The position numbers and the translations under genes are program-made. Under the pieces are notes generated by a model. The model searched no databases, was not told where the DNA came from, and saw nothing but the letters and a program-made list of their open reading frames with translations. Below, piece after piece: positions 59,747 to 64,000 of a stretch of DNA of 64,000 bases (positions within the stretch are counted from its first letter, which is position 1; each line of letters begins with the position of its first letter). The stretch is taken from NCBI GenBank assembly GCA_023920165.1, contig CP089276.1, forward strand, positions 2,108,001 through 2,172,000, given 5' to 3'. This stretch comes from Curvularia clavata. Taxonomy: Eukaryota.

Positions 59747-61752
59747 CTAACCCCGATGTAGAATAGTATCTAGCGGGTTCTTTGGCTGCTCGCCCATGTC
59801 CTTTTGCATCTTCTTCTTCTGTGTCTTGGTCATGAGGCCCTGGGCCTTGATGCCGCGTTCTTTCTTCAGCTTCTTGAGCGCTTCCTCGGTCATTTCTTGG
59901 CGGAGCATTTGCTCCACGACTAGCTTCTTACGGCTGCGACGGTCACCCTGGCCAATGATGATACCGGCGGAAATGTTGCACGTGAGACTGCATGTCAGGA
60001 TGATCGCAGTGACTTCTTTGGGCCGGTCCTTGTAGTAGATGCCCCATGTGGTACCGCCAAGAGCGCACTGGAACATGGAGTGGAAGTCGAGGAGGACGAT
60101 GATGGTGATGAGTAATCGGATTGAAAAGGCGTTGTGCGTATACGTCTCGTGAGGCCGATAGAAGGTGTGTGATTTTTCCAGTTTGGCTTGGTGATACTCT
60201 AGTTTCTTTTGCTCCTCGGCCGTCAGTACGGGTGCCTCTATATTTCCTCGCTCCACTTCCCCAGATTCCCATGCAGAACACGGAGGCATAGTTGGCAGCT
60301 CGTTATGGTCCTTCAACGCCTGTAGACCTCGCTCTTTACGAACTCTCCATGTTTTGTGTGCGTAGTAGGCGACAAAAGCCATGTGGTAGGTGTCGACAAG
60401 GCGGAATGGAAACATGGTAATTCCAACCACGCAAAACAGAGCAGTGAGAATCTGGTCGCAGATTTCGACAAAGTAGTCCTGGCGGCTGCCAACGTAGATC
60501 CAACCGATAAGAAAAAGAGCCCATGCCGCTCCCCAAAAGGTAATGAGGAAGAAGTACAAGGTGACAATGAAGCCGAGCGGGTTGCGCACGTAGCGTCCAA
60601 AACCCTTCATAGTCCGCTTGAATTTTGCGCGTCGTGAGTGGAGGAGATGACGCACATGGTCGTCGAGAGCAGCTTTCTCTTCGTTTGTCCATCCTGTCAA
60701 GGAAGCACCGTGAGGTAGCACGGCGTAGTGGTGGTCTGGGCCTTCCTCCAACGTGGATAGAACCGAGTCAATCGAGTTTCGACGTCCCAGATTACCATCA
60801 CCAGCGCGTGATGCATCCGCGGCACCTTCTCCTTGGCCTATCTGTGCCATTTCCTGTCCTTCTCTTGCGCCTCTTGCCGTGCCCATTTCCTCATCCGAGG
60901 AGTCGGATGAAGACGGTCCGAGCTCGTAAGTCGGTTGGCGGTTGTAGAGCCATGGCAAGTTGGGCAGAAATAGCGAGTTTTGAACGTTGTTCAGTGTGGT
61001 TAGGGTGGATATTTCTGGGTCTAAAGGGGGGTATTAGTTTGCGATACTGAAAGGATATGGATGTACTGACCAATGACATCTAGCACGTCGACGACGTTTT
61101 CGCCCATCATGTTTTGGTCGGCATACTTTTGATTCCGCCGCATGTTAAAGGCTGATGAGGTCCGAGTAAGGGCCTTTCGCATGTTGCTAGTACTTTGAAC
61201 CGGCCGAGGGCTACTGTCAGAAACAAAGGTCGCAGGCTGTGCGCTATCCTCATACAAAGGCTGCATGTGCGGCGTTGCTGTCACTTGGCGCCGTAGGCTA
61301 TCATCATTAAACATGGCCTGTGGAGGCGGACGCGGCTCAGAGCTACTTCGTCTACGGCCAGCTTCCCATGTATCTCCAACAGCAGGAACCGGACTTGGGG
61401 CCGGAGCTGGTGCTGGTGCTGCGTCAGCCTCTTGCAGGCTTGGTTGGTGCGAGGGTCTCCGTATGCGGATGGAGGAACTGCGCAATCTTAGGGGATAGGA
61501 AGGTGCCTGAGGCTGTGGGACAGAAGGTTGAAGCGGCGGCATGTGAGAAGTCGTCGTGACAGTGGGATGGGTAACGGTAGTTGAGGTTGATCCATCGTGG
61601 TGTATCGTGATGTCTGGTTCTGGGGAAACGTGAGTGGTTGAGGTAGTTGTATGCGGGCCAGAAGTAGTCGTGGTTGTAGTGGTGGTGGTAGTTATTGGGG
61701 ATGCCTGAGGGCGACTCTGGCCGTCTTGCCCTTGGTCTGGGGTCGGCGCCAT
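59747..61752 (-). CDS. Integral membrane protein (DUF2985-like); intron 61021-61070
   Basis: VVDVLDVI|DPEISTLTTLNNVQNSLFLP across the intron, HYAVLPHG, L.DHVRH.LHSRR, about four hydrophobic helices, SHTFYRPHET.TH.AF. Confidence 0.78.
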
Positions 61753-62608
61753 TGCGAGGAGTGATTCCCCCAGGCAAAAAAGTGAGGGTGTTGAGGAAGC
61801 GCGGATGGGTAGGGGAAGGGCAGATGGTCGCAATGCTTGCTAAGCGTGCATTCGTCCGGTCGCAGCCGGCTCTGGCTTAGTGGATGCTTCAGTCAGCAGC
61901 ACACGCGCAGCCGCTGGCCATTAATTGGGGGACAGCGAAACCAAGAGGGGAAAGAGGAGCATATGCAAGAGGCGGCAGAATAATGGTGTTGACAAGGCCT
62001 TTTGAGTGGGCGCGTACCCTTGGACTACTGTGGCTGAGGTCCGCACGGCGGTTGAGACGATGGCTCGCCACAGCCACCCCGGGACGGCCGGCACCGGGAT
62101 CAAGCCGAAGCAACACGGCAAGCGTCATGTCTCCACGCGGGGAGGGAGTGCAAAATACCGCCATTGCTGTCGGCAAATGCTAGGATACACGGCTGTACTT
62201 TAAAGCCTGTCTTGCGGTACTGCACGTACCTACTCGGCATACACAACATACGCCGGCCATACCCCGTGAGATGTGCACATCGCTAGTCTCGTCTCGTGGC
62301 ATGCGAGCTATACGCGTCGAAAACGCGACTGGCGCCATGTGCGAAGCTTAGTTTCACTTTGAGTCTATTAAAACCCATATGTGCCATGGTTCGTTTTCTT
62401 CTTTCTCCTGTCAAGTCTAGCACATGCGGCAAACCCAGATGAGGACCGACCGTGGCCGTAGGGCTGAGACGCGCCTCCGCATTGGCCACGCCCTGACGCA
62501 ACTCATCCCCACATCAGTGTCTCAGGCACCAAGGCGAGCTGAATGCTCGTCCAACAGATAAATCCTCTGGTCCGCACCTGCTGCCTTCACATCACCTCTC
62601 CCCACATC

Positions 62609-64000
62609 ATGAAACCCACTCGCGCCCTTCTGTCGGGCCTTGTGGCCGCCAGCAATGTCGCCGCAGCCCTCCAGCACGGCGCATCCCAACAAACAGTCCT
62701 CGACGCGTCGGCCAAACAACCCGCCAAACCTGTGGGAGTTGGTCACTTCAGCGAATGGAGTCGCCAGACCAAAAAGGAGTTTCTGATTGACTGGCAAGCT
62801 GGCAAAGAGTCGGAATGGATCTTGGTCCAAGGCAATGAGGGTGGTGACTTGGACTCGATGACTGCGGCACTTACTTGGGCGTACCATCTCGAACATTTAA
62901 CTATGAATTCGTCCAACCCCGTCAAAGCAATTGCTCTGCTACAGACACCATCACATGCCCTCGACCTGAGGCCTGAAAACAAGGTGGCGCTGGACAATTC
63001 GCAAATGACGCCTGGCCACGAAGATCTGCTTACCCTGGACGAACTACCCGAAGATCCAGAAACACTCAGCAAGAAGCTCAAGGGCATTGTCCTGGTCGAC
63101 CATGCAGCACCCCTGAGAAAATGGTCACAGGCAAAGATTCTGAGCATCATAGACCACCACAAAGATCGTGGCACCGCACCAGATGCTGACCCTCGGATAT
63201 TTGAGACTGCGGCGAGTTGCACGACCCTCGTCGCCCGTCAAATGCTCGATGAGCTCGAGCAGCTCGAGGAAGAATACCACATGCCGCACGAGCTGCTCGA
63301 ACTTATTCTCAGCGCCATTGCCATTGACTCTGGCGGCCTGACAAGCGACAAGACCACCAAGGCCGACATTGAGACGTCGAAGCGTGTCCTCGCACGCAGC
63401 AACTGGAGGGACAACGAATTGGACGACGTCATGGAGGACCTTGACGACAAACTTACCAAGGCTCAAAAGAACATTGATAAGCTTGGTTTGTACGATCTGT
63501 TGCGTCGTGATTGGAAGTCTGATGTTATCGACACGCCTTCTCCACGCACCCCCACCATAAGCGTCGGCTTCGCTTCTATTCCTTACTCGATGGATGAGCA
63601 AATCCTCAAGACTGAGTTCGAAGAGCTGTTTGGTATGTTCTCCCTTGTCTTCCCCATGTCATATAAATGACACACCCCAAGCTAACGCACTTACAGACTG
63701 GTTCGCAATCCACGCCGCTTGGACAGCCCACGCAAACGTTGACGTCTCCATCTCTGTCAACAAGTTCAAGAAACACTACAAGGACGGAAGCAAGGAGAAG
63801 ATCAGAGAGGTCGTACTAGTAGTCCGCGACGACGTTCGCATCGATCAGAACCAAGCCGACTCGCTGTTCACGCTCGTCAAAGACGCCATTGAGAATAATG
63901 ATTTGGGAATTGATTTCCAGCCGTGGCACAGGGCGGATGAGCTGGCACCTCGCCAGATGGTGTGGCAACACAGGTCTGATGCTGGCAGGAAGGTCATCAA
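62609..64000 (+). CDS. DHH/DHHA2 exopolyphosphatase (Ppx1/Prune-like) with putative signal peptide; intron 63633-63696; 3'-truncated
   Basis: GNEGGDLDS, LVDH, IIDHH, ASCTTLV, AIAIDS, LLRRDWK; N-terminus MKPTRALLSGLVAASNVAAA. Confidence 0.85.

Noticed and set aside
1..64000. CRISPR array, prokaryotic operon or secondary-metabolite cluster
   Set aside because: The sequence is intron-containing fungal DNA with no repeat-spacer array and no PKS, NRPS or terpene synthase gene.
4958..64000. PhoD-like and Ppx-like genes as a phosphate cluster
   Set aside because: They are more than 50 kb apart and separated by about 19 unrelated genes.

Overview
Gene-dense eukaryotic DNA from a filamentous ascomycete. 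Short GT-AG introns with CTRAY branch sites support this; Dothideomycete/Pleosporales-like is my inference, not proven. I can support 23 mostly conserved protein genes: RCL1, KEX2, a large PhoD-like protein, a DppV-type peptidase, KRE33, a CLIP-170/Bik1 homolog, a PTS1-tagged APH-family kinase, SmG, NTR2, CMC2, prefoldin-2, HapC, PFA4, ALG12, TMA22, BRR2, a GT8 enzyme, ENV7, an NTF2-like protein, a hypothetical protein, an Esc1/DevR-like bHLH factor, a DUF2985-type membrane protein and a signal-peptide-bearing Ppx1/Prune-like phosphatase. Two intron-containing tRNA genes not covered by the ORF track are also present. I found no CRISPR array, intact transposon or secondary-metabolite cluster. 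The most unusual items are a tRNA-Ile(TAT) with an intact anticodon intron but a 15-nt T-loop, a tRNA-Ala(TGC) with T53-A61, a duplicated in-frame splice acceptor in the hapC histone fold, GC-AG introns plus an ATG-poor multi-intron leader in the bHLH gene, and an apparently secreted exopolyphosphatase. All family assignments come from motif recognition by eye, and intron coordinates were read manually.
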